Shown piece by piece: positions 1 to 14,376 of a DNA stretch of 64,000 bases; the stretch's first letter is position 1, and the number at the start of each line of letters is the position of its first letter. This DNA comes from Basidiobolus meristosporus CBS 931.73. Lineage: Eukaryota > Fungi > Basidiobolomycota. Where the stretch lies: assembly GCA_002104905.1 (NCBI GenBank), contig MCFE01000209.1:63891-127890 (forward strand). The letters are read 5' to 3'. Under the pieces are notes generated by a model. That model was not told where the DNA came from. It searched no databases and saw only the letters and a list, made by a program, of their open reading frames with translations. The position numbers and the translations under genes were made by a program.

Positions 1-2906
1 TGGGACTTGGCCCAGCTCTAGTCAAAGAACTGTTAGAGGGATTGAAGGAGATAACAACCCTTCATGTTAGCCAGATAGTCCTACAAAAGCCAAATAAGGG
101 TACATGCATATATGTACATATAGAGAATAAGGAGATTTTTGCCCTCATCAACACAGGATCCTCTACATCAATCATATCAGTGTCATGATCATATGACATC
201 CCTGGTCTCCAATTATCTAGCCAAATCAAGTCAGTGAAGAAATCCCAGTTCCTTCTAGAAAGTTCTACCACATTCTAGCAACTTCTTGAAAGCTCCAAGT
301 CAACATTACACAATGTAAAATTCTATGGAGGCTTCCCATTAAAATTTATGTAGTCCCATGCCATATATGGTAACTAAATGTCACATGACCTAGTCACATG
401 ATCAGCTGACCCCTGACATATGCACATCTGATATTCCAGTCTGTTCTTTAGTCTATTCTATCTCAGCACACTTACTATGCCTCACCCTGGAACCCCATTG
501 GTATTAGCCAATATCTCTTGGCATCCATATTGCCAAAAAGTATATTTAGTCCTTTCCCCCCTTATCTATTCCTCAGTCTGATAAACACAGGTCTTGAATA
601 AACAGTCTTGCCTTGGAAATCCACCTTGCCCTGTTGATCCACACCTAAGTCCTTCCCTGGTCCTGCCTTGCCTAGCCCTACTCTCCTGCCTTGTGTCTAT
701 TCATAACAGTCAGAGTCATTAGCAAAACATCTAAAGTTTGACATTGTCACACTATTTGAGTACAGCTAGAAAATGACTAACTAGACACAACAGTTGGCAT
801 GGTACCTAATTGCCCCATCTGGCTAGGTAACCTGATTACACACCAAGATGTTATGGTCCTCCTTGTTGCAGCCAACAACCTACTAATTGGCAGGAGTTGG
901 TTTATCCAACATAAGATGGACATACTCTACAGTGCATCTGAGCTCAGGTGGGATACTGAGAATATCCCACTGACTCATATCACCAATGAGACCAAGGCAT
1001 CTTGCAATAGTGAGACAATAGAAGAGGTAAACCATCACAGTGTCCAATCATCACACAAAAGGTGATAAAAATACCATCTGCCAGTGAGACGGTGATTGCA
1101 TCAAAGATACTAATAGTGTATTGACAAAGGGAAGAATGATAACCACAACAAAGGTATTTCAACATCTGGAAGGAACCTTGATCCTTAGAGTATGGATACT
1201 GCCAAAATTTCAAGCCCAAAATGTGAAATACTTAGTGGCTGACAACAGTCAACATGCAGTGGTACTGCTAAGAGGAGTGCTGTTGTTAAAAATATAGGAA
1301 GTTGACAGAAACAACCAAGGGCCACCTACAAGCCAGGAACCATGAGAGGAGCTCCCCAATTGGGATGTGGACCCTGCTCTATCACCTACACTACAAGTTC
1401 CTAGAAGAAGTGCACCCTCTTGTTTGATTATTCTTTATGAACCAGGTGATTGGCCATATACCCAGAGTATATCACTAAATCTACCTTGCCAACAAATACC
1501 CCATCAAGCAAAAAGACTATAGGAACTCAAAAATTGACACCAAATATATCAAAGAGACTTTATTAAAGAACACCTAATTGGTTATGTGAGCCATTTACTA
1601 AACAAACACAAATGTAACTACCCCATTACCAAGATAGAATGTCTAGCTGTTGTTTATTCAATTGAGCAATTTCATACATAAATATATAGTAGCTAATTCA
1701 TGATAGAAGCAGACCACAGCACATTGGTCTGGCTGATGAAAAGTAAAGACTTTGCCAGCCAACTAGCACAATAAGCCTTTTGACTACAGCAATACAACTT
1801 TGAAATAATTCACCACACTGGCAACAAGCACCAGAATGCAGACTTCCTCAGTTGCCATCCTGTTTGCAAAATACATGTCAGTGATGATTACAAGGACAAA
1901 ATCTGCTTTGAAAAGAAGGGGAAATATCCCAAACATGTTGTCACAAACAAAGAGAAGAGAGAATGTCAATGGAAATGGTGTCAGTACAAAGTACAGGAAA
2001 AATTGACTATGGTTCCTTGAAGGACAGTTCAGAGCCAAGGTACCCCACTAGCTGCCTGCAAAGAAATCATACAAGAAAGACATATGTCAATAGAACATGC
2101 TAACCCCCTAACAGCATATAAGATGTTACAAAAGACTTTTATTGGAAAAAAACAATGACCAATGTTTCAAATAGGTTACAAAGACGCACCACTTATAAAA
2201 GATTTAACCAGAGTCAGAAGTTAGGGTCAACTGCACCAATACTGGTGAGCCTACCCTTCCACCCAGTAAGGATGGACTTATCACACCAGACTAACAGATC
2301 AAAGAAGACAATGAACCAGACATGTTGCCTCATACTAGAGAAGCTTCACTGGGAATTTCCCCAGTCATGGGCTGAGCTGCTCCCACTGACACTCCTAGCA
2401 ATGCATACCATACCAAATAAAACAACAGGTTTCTCCCCATATGAAATTCTATATGGACAAAGACTCAAGTGGCATGAAGAAGATGGATGGATAATAGAAG
2501 GTGTCCCCCTGACAGCACATTACAACTATATAGAAAGGTTGATACACTGTATTGCCAACCTATACATAAAAGTATTCAAAAATGTTAACAAACTTCCTCC
2601 CCTGCAACCTATAAACAAGAAACTAACAAGACAAAATGGAAATCAGGCAATAAGGTGTGGTATGACCAAACCCCTGCAGGCCTCAAGTTGTCCACTCAAA
2701 ACCGGCAATACTCCCCCCACTGGCAAGTATCAACACAATACCAAAAACTAGACCAACCTGCAGATGTTGAGAGATATGATACAAACATTACATGCAATGA
2801 AAGCCACCAATGAAGAGATGTGTGCCAGAGCAGTCACCTTAATGCAAGACACAATCCAAGAGGGACAAGTCAAGTTACCAACACCAATACAAAGTATGGA
2901 GATACT
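1..2906 (+). mobile_element. Degenerate Ty3/gypsy pol remnant (protease, RNase H, integrase), interrupted by a solo LTR
   Basis: Protease-like ALINTGSSTSIIS at 141-179, continuing after the LTR as LLIGRSWF (ORF 799-1065). RNase H-like YPITKIECLAVVYSIEQF...ADHSTLVWL and HTGNKHQNADFLS at ~1620-1860. Integrase C-terminal SWAELLPLTLLAMHT...TGFSPYEILYG (ORF 2155-2751). Many stops and deletions. Confidence 0.75.
181..708. mobile_element. Solo LTR (family S, 528 bp) inserted in a gypsy protease
   Basis: Termini TGTCATGA...TCATAACA; flanked by ATCAG/GTCAG (5-bp TSD, one transition); aligns end to end with 7311-7839. Confidence 0.85.
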
Positions 2907-3620
2907 AGACTTGTTCCATTGGATAGTGCCAAATAGTGCCAGCCTGTTTATAGTGTCAGATCAATCTGGCATTTTATGGCACTATCTGGCACTATAATTT
3001 CTACCACAATACCAGTGGTGGGATATAGTAACTGGTAATTTTATTTAATCTTAGTTATGTTGCACAGAATAGTGATTTCCTTTCATTATTTACTCCTTGT
3101 AATGCTTCAGACACATTTCTCTCAGTGAATGTCTTTGTGTATGAATATACTGTGCATTGATAAGTATCTTAACTATATTACCTATTCTGCTGTTTTCTCC
3201 TATACATGACTTTCCTCTGTATTTACCAGCCAATATGCTGAATCTCTTCAGATATCCAAATGTATGTTCTACCCTCACTCTGAAATGATTAAGTATCTCA
3301 TTGTAGAGCTTCTGCTTCCTGCTAAGCACACCATTCCTGGGCTTTCTATATGCTGCAATACATCTTAATTGCTGACAATCCTCTCCTATATAAGCTTAGT
3401 CTGCCAAACATTTCTCCCCTCTACTGAATTCTGGATGATTATCCACCCCAAGTGCTTTGTCATGACTACTTTCAGTAAATGGCCCACTAAACTAGATGAT
3501 GTTACACTCAATGTCAGACAGTGCTTGAAACTTCACACAGTGTGCCTTGTACTTGCCAGAATAAAAGTGCCTCTGCCCTCTAGAAGGCAATATAGAGTGG
3601 TGCATGAGAAAAGGCTTCAG
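2907..3620 (-). mobile_element. PIF/Harbinger-group (PHIS) DNA transposon 3' end: TIR plus DDE_Tnp_4-type transposase pseudogene
   Basis: TIR AGACTTGTTCCATT at 2907, preceded by ACT. The minus strand at ~3090-3620 reads QRHFYSGKYKAHCVKFQALSD...GPFTESSHD...GEKCLAD*AY...RKQKLYNEILNHFRVRVEHTFGYLKRFSIL, which are DDE_Tnp_4/HARBI1-like motifs carrying stops and a frameshift. Confidence 0.8.
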
Positions 3621-4736
3621 CCCTTACTAAATAATGTCATAAGCCTGGAGCTGGCTGACCTCCAGGATAGCCAACAAAAATTACTAGTAAGACAGCAGCT
3701 TTTTTCTTAACAGCTGGAAGTGAAGCCAGTTGATCTAAACTTCAGGGAGGTAGATGAGTTAGAGGAGAAAGGCAACTTGTTTACCACCACATACATGTCC
3801 TCCATTCTGAAAAGAGTGGGGATACTACCAAAATACAAGGTAACAACATCAGGAACTCAAAAGGTTATCACAATGCCATAAGTGGAATTATGGAGGATTA
3901 ATAACACACCAAGAGGTTGCAGCACTTCTTTAAGAGCAGTGCTCAAGAAAGAGCACTTGAATATTACAAGGATTAGTTGTGCAGACTGGCAGATGAGGTG
4001 ATTGACCTTACAGTGCTGGCTGAAGACCAGGACATAGGGGAACCAGTGATTGAACAGTGGCATGAAGCTGTAGGGCTCTTGCCAATATCATGGAAGCACA
4101 GCATTACAGCAGAACTACTTATTGGATGGTGGATTTTAAAGGAGTCACTTGTTGCACATGGGGTTGGCCCAATGTTAGTGCAGGGTATAGGGACTTATAT
4201 AGGTTGATATAGTTGGCAATTGAGGTATAACTGAAGTTTCAATGGGAATAAATCAATTTGTACGCATGGAAAGTAAGCAAAACAGTCAAGTCAGGAAGTA
4301 AGGAGTGTGAAAGAGAGGCATTTGCCAGTCAATGCACACAAAAAAAGGAAGTGATATAGTGTCCAGGATCAGAAAGTGAGAAGACTGGCAGAGAACCAAT
4401 CCAATGCCACTTTTGTAGTGTTATAATGAAGAATTTTGACTAAGTTTTTGTGATATATAGGGTGCAATTATTTTCCTGATGGGATCAAAACCTCTTAGTC
4501 ACAGGACTTTAAACTTGCAGCAGCCTATTGGTGGATCATCATAATAATTTTTCATTGGGTTTGTATTGCTGATAACATAGACATCTTGTTAATATATGCT
4601 TAGTTACTCCCACTTTTGCTATGAGTACATCTTGAATATCCACATAATATTTTTGGTACTGAGCCAACATATTCTTTCTCCATGCTGGATTCTGGACCCC
4701 CTTGTAGGTACACCCTGGTTCCTGTTTGTATGAATT

Positions 4737-4927
4737 AGACTTGTTCCATTGTGCCATTGATCATAGCGCTAGAGAGTGCTGTATATTTTGATATTAATTT
4801 GATAATTTAGGGTCATATGCATGTCAATTTTGATCCCAAATTGGCACTGTATGGCACCATCTGGCACCATCTGGCATGCTATGGCGCTATTGGGCACTAT
4901 GATCAGCTGGAATAATGGAACAAGTCT
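4737..4927. mobile_element. 191-bp MITE of the same PHIS family
   Basis: Perfect 14-bp TIRs AGACTTGTTCCATT / AATGGAACAAGTCT; ATT duplicated on both sides (4734-4736, 4928-4930). Confidence 0.8.
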
Positions 4928-5099
4928 ATTGCATATTAAATGGTATAGAAATTGGCTTGTACCCAATGGAAACCCAGCATACTTTGATAAAGTTGTCCTA
5001 ATGAGAGTTTGCAGCTACTGTATCCAACCAAACTTTGCATTGCTTAGCCAATTACCCATGCATTAGGGCTGCTTTACTTCTTTATGCTAGCGGCACAAG

Positions 5100-6250
5100 T
5101 GTCCCCACGTGAAAATCTGTGCTCAGTATTTTCCAGCCCTTCCTGGCTATCCTCCATGTGCTAACTCATCACAACCACAATGGACTTGAAGAGCATATTA
5201 TTGACAAGATTGGGATATGATAGTACTTGCAACTTGATATGTCATCCTATCTCCCCACACATCTACTCCAAGGGAAGCTCCAAAAGCTGAAGCCAAATCC
5301 AAAATTCTCCACAGACCAGGCAAGATGGAGTAGAGAGAGTATGCAGTAGCAGCAGAGATCTATACATTCAGCATCATTTTTGTTGCATAACCACTTGAAT
5401 CCCATCACAAACTCCTTGCATAAAAGTTGTAGATGCATTATGTTAGTATTGGTGATCCACTTCTAATTGATATTTGTACAATATCAATATATCACTCTTG
5501 ATGCTTTTAATGAATGCTTGGTAGAAGTTGCTTCAGAAGGCCACTTGGATAAAACCATATTCTGTTCAGCTAGTCCTTGCATTTGTATTGTTACATATGT
5601 ATATGAATATTGATTGGGGCCTGCAAGAACTAATTAGGGTAGTGGATACTCTGTGATATTGTACCAATTCTTTCAAATTTCTTCAGTATAGCAAAGGGCT
5701 GATTCAGCCTGAAAAGCTCCATGTACAACCTGCTCACAAGTTTAGGGATATTCTTGTGGGAGGATGATGCTCTTAGTGTTGATGCTTGAACAATACTAAT
5801 GTGTGTGACTCAAAGGGTAAATCCCCTGGATCTCACACATTCAAGAGTATTGCCATCCATTGTGCTTAGAAAAGCCAGCTATCTTGCTGATAGCTAGGGT
5901 ATCTCCAATACCAATAATAATATATGTTTGGACATGACAGTCATTTACTAGTACTCTGCTGAGTAGCTTACAAAACTCTATCAGCAATTGATAAAGGTAG
6001 CTATTCCCATAGGATAGTATTCATGACCAGATATCTGTGGGACTACCATCAGATCTCTGCTCTGGTAACATAAGATTGGTAGCAAATTCATGTAGATGAG
6101 AATTAGCAGCCAGCAGGATTTGCTGGCCAAGTACTTATTAAGAGAGAATGCACAAAGGGTCAAGGTATTGGCATGGCCATACATACCTTCAAAGTAACTT
6201 TACTTCTTAGTAACTTGCAATATCTGCTATCAAATATATCAGCAATGCTT
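5100..6250 (-). mobile_element. CACTA/EnSpm-like (Tnp2-type) transposase remnant
   Basis: Minus strand IGIGDTLAISKIAGFSKHNG (~5850-5920) and LCCYCILSLLHLAWSVENFG...FWSFPWSRCVG (ORF 5247-5438) resemble the GD.PA..K..G..GHNG and H.LLHL...I...GP....W.FP.ER motifs. Homologous to 45404-46138. No termini seen. Confidence 0.65.
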
Positions 6251-6280
6251 GTGCATGATTGATACTGAATGCAGTACTTT

Positions 6281-9261
6281 TGTTATAAGTCTTGATACAC
6301 GACTTGTAGAGGTATACAAAGTTTAGCTAGTAGTATTTTGACTAAAACTTGAACTGATCTTAATTGAGGTTCTGGTGGCTCCTTATATACATTTTGCTAG
6401 ATCAATTGCAGACTAGTTGTATTTCCTAATGTAGCTTGTGGCTCAAGACTCATCTAGTTGCATCATCATTGGCCAATTAGATACTACTGAACAAATTTAT
6501 TTCTGTCTGATAAGATTTTGCTGATACATCAGCTGACCAATACTACTTATTTGATAGATAATGTTGTTATACAAATAGGCTAAAACTAATACTAATTGAT
6601 TTGAATAAAAGCCAATCTAACTTAAACATCAAAGCAACAGATTGTGACTTCACCCCTACAAAAACTGAGAGGGTTCTCCTGAATATTGTTTTGTGTGATA
6701 CCAGTATCTTGATAGTTCAGCATTGTTATCAAGTCTTGCAAGCTTGTGTGTGCCTCTATGAACTAAATCTTCCTGGATATTACCTGTTTGACCACTAATT
6801 AGCCAGTTGCAAATGGACATTCTCTGATGATCTTGAGTGGTCCTGTCCAGTGTGGCTCAAACCTCTTCCAGTAATGGTTCTCAGCAATACAAAGTTCCCA
6901 ATTGTCAAAGCCTCTGGTAATATATGTTTATCAAATCTCTGGTTCTTCATTTCTACATTTTAGAGATTTTGGCCAGTGCCTCCTGATGTTTTTGTTCCAA
7001 TTGTTGGCATCCACTGGACTGACTAAGTTCATGCTTCAGGTTGTCAGTAATTTTTGGCTATGTGAGATCTCCTGGAATTCTTGGTTCACATCCTTACACT
7101 AAGTAAAATGACAATTGTTGGGTAGTGTTATGTGCCCCAACTCTACAGGCAAAGAGTGCTTGGCCAATATAATTGTCACATCCATTTGCAGCTCTATTTA
7201 CATACATGATAAGCTTTTTTCTAAATAATCCACCAAACTGCTCAGCAACTGTGTTGGTTCTGATGTGATATGCTAAAGTTTTCAACTGTTTAATCTGCTG
7301 CATTGACAGGTGTCATGATCACATGACAATCATAAACACCCATGCCAAGTTTCAGCTTCCTAGCTCAATTTCCAAGAGACTCCTTCCGGAACCTTCTACC
7401 ACCTTACAGAAAGTTCCTGACCATTCCAAACCATTGTTACACAATGGAACATTCCATGGAAGCTTCCCACTGTATTTTTCATAGTCCAGTACCATATATG
7501 GAAATACCAGGTCACATGACTTAGTCATATGATCAGGTCACCCAATTCATTTCTCCATCCTGTCTCAGTGCCTTGCCTTCTATATTATTATCCCCAGCAT
7601 TGCTGCTGTGCCTCACCCCACAACCTCATTAGTATTAGCTAAAATTTCTTGGCATCAGTATAGCCAAAAAGTATATATAGTCCTATCCCCCCTTAAGTAT
7701 TCCTCAGTCTGATAAACACAGGTCTTGAATAAACAGCCTTGCCTTGGAAGTCCGCCTTGCCTTGCTGATCCACACCTAAGTCCTTTCCTGGTCCTGCTTT
7801 GCCTAGCTCTACTCTCCTGCCTTGTGTCTATTCATAACAACAGTTGGGCATCCAATGTTTTTGGCACAGAGGTTACTCCTCTATCAGATAATATCTCTAC
7901 TGGGCATCCAAACTTTGTCAGGATCTCATGGTAATAAAAGCTTGCAACTTCTTGTTTACTGGCTATAGTTACAATGCCAGCCACTAGCCATCTGATAGCA
8001 TGGTTAATTGCTACTAGAATCCAGCAATTGCATTTCCTAGTAGTGGGAAGTCTTCCAATAGAGTCAATTCCCCATCTCTCAACTTGTCTGATAGAGTCCA
8101 AGGGAAAGAGCTCAGCAATTCTCTGTGGTTGATCTTAGCTAATTAGGCAACTTAGGCATGTTTTCACTAGCTTTTCTATATTGTTTTCCATTCTGAGCCT
8201 CCATGCATTTGCTGTTACAAGGCTACAGGTTTGCTCAATTTCAAGATGTCCATATCCATAGTGTAGCTTGTGTGTTAAATCTATGCAAGCACCTTAGGGG
8301 CAATAGGAAATTGGGCTTCCATCAACCACTTGGTAAGGTGTTTCATCCTGAACTACAAATTTACTGGCTTCATACCAGATATTCTTCTTGATATCTGCAT
8401 CCACCTCATTAGGAATGGCTTGGGCCTCCAAGTACTCTGGTGATAGGTTAGGCCAATCTAATTCATGCACTAGGTTGAGTTGTGTAACTTGTACTAGTCT
8501 TGATAAGGTGTCAATAAGCATGTTATTTTTCCCAGGGCAGTAGACAATCTCCAGGTCAAATTGCTAAATGTATCACTCCATCTTGTCATTCCTTTGGATA
8601 CTACCTTATGAATAAATATACACTCAAGTGAGACATGATCTGTTTTCACAGTGAGCTTGAATCCTTAAATGTATCATCTCCATGTCTTTAAACAGAGTGT
8701 TATAGCAAGCATATCTTTCTCATGCACTGGATAGTTTTGCTCTGCTGAGAATAGTTCCTAGATCCAAAACAACACATATTCCTTTCTGTCATGCTCTTGG
8801 CTCAGTACACCACCAATTGCATAATCTGAAGCATCTTTGCAGAGAGTAAACTTTATTTTGAAGTAAAGTATTCTAAAGGTTGGCAGCTTGGCAAGTTCAT
8901 TGTACAGCATCTGAAATACGGTCTCACAGGCTGTGTCCCACTTCTGGGTTGTGTTCTGAAGGATATCAGTCAAAGGGGATACAATGCTTGAAAATGACTT
9001 GAGCAATCTTCAATAATAGGGAGCTATTCCAAGAAACAATCTAAGCACTGAAATGCTATGAGGCTACTTCATATTCTTGGTAAGTTCCACTCTCTTGGGG
9101 TCTAAGATCACGTGCTTGTCACTATGTGTCCCAGATATTCAACATGCTCCTTGAGGAATTCACATCCTGCTAGCTTGCCATATAGGTTGCTCTCACTTGG
9201 CTTCTTCAAGATCTTTTCTGTGTACACCAAGTAGTCCTATTTTGTCTTGCTATATACCAGT
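6281..9261 (-). mobile_element. Ty3/gypsy family A remnant (RT end, RNase H, integrase, 3' LTR)
   Basis: Diverged family-A LTR at 6281-~6649 with a PPT-like tract next to it. ORFs 7094-7303, 7832-8101 (WGIDSIGRLP...SDRG), 8294-8521 and 8758-9006 ([15 protein letters not shown]) are homologous to 23338-25768. Confidence 0.9.
7311..7839. mobile_element. Solo LTR (family S, 529 bp) inserted in a gypsy integrase
   Basis: TGTCATGA...TCATAACA; TSD ACAGG/ACAGT; the host integrase reads through the site (KTLDAQL | MQQIKQLKT). Confidence 0.85.
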
Positions 9262-9549
9262 AGACTTGTTCTTTTGGATAGTGCCACATAGTGCCAGCCT
9301 GTTTATACTGCCAATTGATCTGGCACTCTATGGCACTATCTGGAACTATAATTTGTACCATAATGCCAGTGGTAGGATAAAGTTACTGGTAAATTTAACT
9401 GAGTAACATTCTCTCCTGAGAATTTTACTGAGATAGCACCTTTGAAAGTGGCTATTAACTCTGAGAGTGGTGTATTGGTCAATCTTGTAACATTTCTTGA
9501 TGTTTGCACAGTGAAAGGTTCAAACTACCCAGGTCCTCCACCAAATTCT
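9262..9549. mobile_element. PHIS-family terminal fragment inserted in gypsy RT
   Basis: Begins AGACTTGTTCTTTTGGATAGTGCC after AGT; the first ~140 bp align with 2907-3045. Confidence 0.7.
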
Positions 9550-10768
9550 TGTTGTATTGTATTATGATTGGTTTGGGGCTTGTTCTACAATATAGAGGCT
9601 AATCAGCAATATACAACAACTTCCAGTATGCTAATACTGAAATAGTTTATTGGGAGCTTGATATACCAATGGAAGATATAACTTTCACTAATATCCTCAA
9701 TCTTGGGCTCAGAATATACTATAGGCAGTGTTTCTCACATCTACAGCAGTGTTCTGACCTTCTGTCGACTAATGGGCTTATATACTTTTATAGGAACTTT
9801 TCCTTATTTGGAAGTCACCTTCCTTTCTGAGAAAATATTTCTTAAAATGGAAATTCTAAACTCCCTGTTAACCTAAAGGGGTGTGTTGTATAAGTCTCTA
9901 AAGGGGTCTTTAGACCTAAAGGGGTGTCTAAAGGGGTGTCATTAGAGTAAAGGGGCTTCTTGTAGTGGTCTCTGAAGTGGACTTAACAGATGCCTAAAGG
10001 GGCTTTTTTAGTGTAAAGGGGTTTCTCAAAGGGGTCTCTAAAGGGGTATCTAAAGGGGTGTCTTCAGAGTAAAGGGGTTTCTTAGAGGGGACTTTTCCAA
10101 TAGAAAAGTGGTAGTTTCTTGTAGAACTTAGATTGGATTCTTATGAGCTTTGCAGTCTCTTTACTGATGTAATACTGATCAAAGTCAGAATACTCGACTG
10201 TGCAAGTGATGCAGGGGAAGTCTTTTGACCTTTAAACTAGTAACTGTAGTGTGGAGATTCCGGAAAGAGAGGCTCTCCTTTATTTTTCAGCCGGGGAAGT
10301 CACAAATATGAAATTCCTGAAGGATCAAAGTTTTTGAGCAATTGCACAAGCAATACACGTGTTACAAGTCTAACCTTTTGCAGTGGCGCAGATCAGACAT
10401 AGGCGCAGCACCTGTAAGAATCTCACGTGATTTAATTGGCTGGTTCAAAAGTTACATTCAATCAAAGTCATCATAGTAATCCTAGCAATAGTGGCCTAGT
10501 ATATATAATAATTGGACTCTTTTAGTCATAACTCCTTAAGTACTGCTTCAAATGAGCTGTAATTTGAAACATGTTTTGTCTACTGAGAATTCTGTATGAT
10601 ATAATATTTGTGGGTGGATTGCTTCTCAGGGTCTGGAATATTTGTCCTTCAAAGTTGGAATTTCTTGATCTTTCACTTGTGTGTTACAATAGCAAAAAGC
10701 AAAATAAAGAAATGAGTCTAATATTGGTTTTGAGATATTGTAGTAATGGAATACTTTCCATTATTACA
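9550..10768 (-). repeat. LTR-B (1.2 kb), 3' LTR of gypsy family C
   Basis: TG...CA termini; directly follows the PPT of the family C internal region; homologous to 26183-27176, 33112-34353 and 37858-39048; contains a G-rich minisatellite. Confidence 0.85.
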
Positions 10769-11943
10769 AGTCTCCCCTAACTTGGAGAAATAATGCCCTC
10801 ATTATTAATTCTGACATAGAAATTCTTCAGTCTGTTACCAGGTTGTACCAGTGCAAGTGGTGTACCATCAAGTTCTGCTAATTTGTAAGATCCATTTTTA
10901 TTTGCATGTATGCTCTTGTAGGGACCCTGACATTACATATACAGTTTGGATGCCTTGTTTCTTTGGCTCTTGGTGTTGTGAAGTTGTATCAATTCCTCAA
11001 CTTCTAGCAATGTTTTTCTTAGGCATTTTTGAGCGTCAAAGTACTCCTTGCCAGCAATTATGGATTTCTTCAAGTTTTCTATTGCATTCTTTTGCAGAGT
11101 GTGTGCTTGTTGAATCTGTTGTACTCTGCTAGCAATAGCACTGATGCTGTCATGGTTGGTTTCCATTGGAGGGTAAGCCAATTCTCAAAAGATATGTCTA
11201 TTGGCAAAACAGCTTCATGCCCATATATAAAAAAAACGGTGTATACCCTATACTTCTTTTAACTGCAACTCTATCAGCCCAGATTGCTGCCTGAAAGTTA
11301 TTTGCCCACTTGTTGGGTTCTTCATAGCTAAGCCTTGCTAATGTGTTTGCAAATGCAGAATGTCCACATTCAACTGGTGAATTTGCTTGTGGGTGGTATG
11401 GCAAAGTATGTATAAGCTTGGTTCCATGCTTCATCACTAGTTTTTGTATTTTGTAAGATCCACATTCTCTGTTGTCAGCAATAAGGGTACCAACTGAACC
11501 ATGTCTGAGATATACATCTTCTTTAGGAAATCTTGCTACTGCTTTTACATTGGCTTGTTTCAGCATTCTAGCCTCTATTCAACCAGTAAAGTTATCACAA
11601 CAGTCCACTACATACTTATACCCTGCTGTTGCCCTTGGTAAATGTATAATATCTACATGTGCAAATTGCCAAGCATAAGATGTATAGATACTGTGAAGTG
11701 GTTCATGCATCTTTTGGTTGTCTCTTCTTTGACATGGAATACATGATTTCACATATTCTCTTGTGTTGGTGTATAGCATTGGCCAAAAATACCGTAAGGA
11801 GATTTTTGCATATGTTGATGTAAGTCCCTTATGACCTCCTGATTCTGATTCATGCAATTCTTGAATGATCTTCTCTTGATCATGCTTGTTATGAATATAC
11901 CATTGAGGAACTCCGTATTTGTTTTTTCTGAAAAGTGTGCCGT

Positions 11944-12747
11944 TGTGGTGGTGTAGAGGTACTCCTGGGAGAAGCTACACAACTCAAGTTGTGTGAGGTG
12001 TCTGATGGGTGCAATAACCTCTGTGTCTAAACTGCTGGTGCCTTTACCAATATGTCATTATGGCAAAAGCTCCTGCTTCTCTAGCTTCCTAGGTGCTCCA
12101 AGTGTCTCCAAAGGCCTCTGTGTGTCTTGTGTACTACCCTGAAAAGCTCCTTGATGGCAGGTCTGAGATGCACTGTTGAAGGCAGGTGCAGTGATCCATT
12201 GCTAATCAATAAGGTAGAAGTGTTACTGATAGAAGGGATGATTCATTGATGAGGGATTGCTTTCCCTTAAATACTTTTCCTGATTGCCAAGTGATTACTA
12301 ATGACAAGGTTCTAGAAGATTCAAGGTATCAGTGGAATTCTTAATGACATCACTATGAGCTAAAAATATACCAAGAATGTCCTGGAAGGTTCTTAAAGGC
12401 ACAGCACATTCAACCAATCAGGAATCAGTAGTCTGAAACCTGTGCAACATAGAAATACCATATATGGTATTGAAATAGTAGGGATGGTAACACAGACCTA
12501 GTTCATGTGTCACAGGTACTGACGTGTGTACTTGCCTTATGTAGATACATATACTGATCACAAAGCTGAATAACATCTGGGATAACTAATGCTAATAACT
12601 AATCAGAGTAAACATCATATGGGGATAATACTGATAATATGGGCAAAAGAAGAATGGGATAATACTGATAAGATAAAATATGGATAAGTATATCATCATA
12701 ACTATATTAATAAACTTGTCTGTGGGAGGTATGTTTACCCTACCACA
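11944..12747. mobile_element. Solo LTR (family F, 804 bp) inserted between RNase H and integrase of gypsy C
   Basis: Termini TGTGGTGG...CTACCACA; 4-bp TSD CCGT/CCAT (CpG transition); removing it restores the host reading FILHDG-TLFRKNKYGVPQ. Confidence 0.8.
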
Positions 12748-14376
12748 CCATCATGCAGTATAAACTTCAAAGCCTTCTTTTTAAAATTTGTGCATTGATT
12801 TGCAGGAATATCAGCAGGAACTTTGAGTGATATAAGAAATACCTTAGTTTGCTGATAATTACTTTGTATTGTATGTATGAATGAGGATCCAAGACTTGTG
12901 TTTTTAAGAAACTCATCAATCTCATCATCATCAGTTGAGTACGGTGAATTTGGTTGCTTTCTAGATAAGTCATCAGGTTCTTTGTGATTGGCCCCTGGTA
13001 TGTGTTGCATCATAAAGTCAAAGATCTTGATATTTGATATCCACCCTGCTAGAATAGGATCAGGAAAAGCTCCAACTTATTTAAAATTCCTAATAATGGC
13101 TTGGCATCAACCTCCAGCCTGAAGTATACTCCTAATAAGTATGGCTTTAGCTTTTTGAGTACATAGAGTGCTCCCAGTGCTTCTTTCCTGATAGATGGAT
13201 AGTTAAGCTCATTTCCTTTGAATAGTCTACTAAGATATTTGCAAGGTTGTCAAAGATGATCTTCTGAAACTTGAATCATGATTCCACCAACCCCAATTTC
13301 AGAGCTATCAACTGATACAATGGTTGGTTGTGAATCAATAACACTGTTGTCTATAGCTGCTAAGACAGGTGGCTTTGATAATGACTCAAGCAATGTCAAC
13401 ATAGCATTTGCCTGTTTGTCATGCCATTCAAATTTCTGGTTTTTCTGTAATAGCTGAGTCATTGGCTTAGTAATTTGTGCATAGTTCTTGATCCAGAGTC
13501 TGAATACACCAGTAAGTCCCAATAGCTGTCTGAGTTAATGAATATTGCTTGGTGTCTTCCAACTTAGTGCCAATGAAAGTTTTGCAGGATCAGGCAATCT
13601 CCCTTTTTCAGTAACAAGTTCACCTAAAATGATTGCCTTGTAGCCAAATTTGCATTAGGCTCCATTTACAGTCAGTCCAGAAGCTTGAAGTTTCTTCATG
13701 ACCCTTTCAACAGTGCATATGTGATCATAAACATATCTTATTACTTGAGGTAAGATATGTGATGTGTCTTTTTCTCTGGACTTATTCTTAACTGCAATGT
13801 CATCAAGAAATGGTTGGCATATTTCAGGGAAACAGTCATACAAAACTCAAATCATTGCACATTGATAATTTTGGACAGAGTTAGTCCATCCTTGAGGAAT
13901 TCTTTTATCCTTATGAGTCCTATTGGTGTATCCATAGTGATGAAATCTCTTAAGTCAGAATCCAGAAGTATTTGGTCATATCCTGAATAAAGATCCATGT
14001 TGTAATCAGCAGATATCTAGTAAATAACTCATTATACTCATGTTGTATTGGTGGTTGCATAGCATCTTTGATTGTGACCTTATTCAAATGCTGTACATCT
14101 TGAATAAACCATAGACTTCCATTTTTCTTCAATGGTGTAAACAAGGGATTACGATAAGGTCCATAGCTATATTCAATGACTCCACTTTGAAATCTTGATT
14201 GTAGCATTTCAGTTACTTTGTTCAGTAATCTTGAGGGAATAGAATATGATCTCAGTGCCCATGGTGTATATTCAACAGTATGGATCTTAACAGTGGAAAT
14301 AGCTCTGTGGATAAACATCCTCTTTGTGCATCATTGAATGCAAAGTCATTGTCATAGCATTGTAGCATAGTTGAAA

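Noticed and set aside
4734-4930. Tc1/mariner assignment of the MITE family from the flanking TA
   Set aside because: Both complete copies show a full 3-bp duplication (ATT, ACT), and the linked transposase is DDE_Tnp_4-type.
9873-10095. G-rich repeat as a CRISPR array or telomeric tract
   Set aside because: The units are contiguous and degenerate, with no unique spacers and no cas genes; the repeat lies at a fixed position inside an LTR in four copies.
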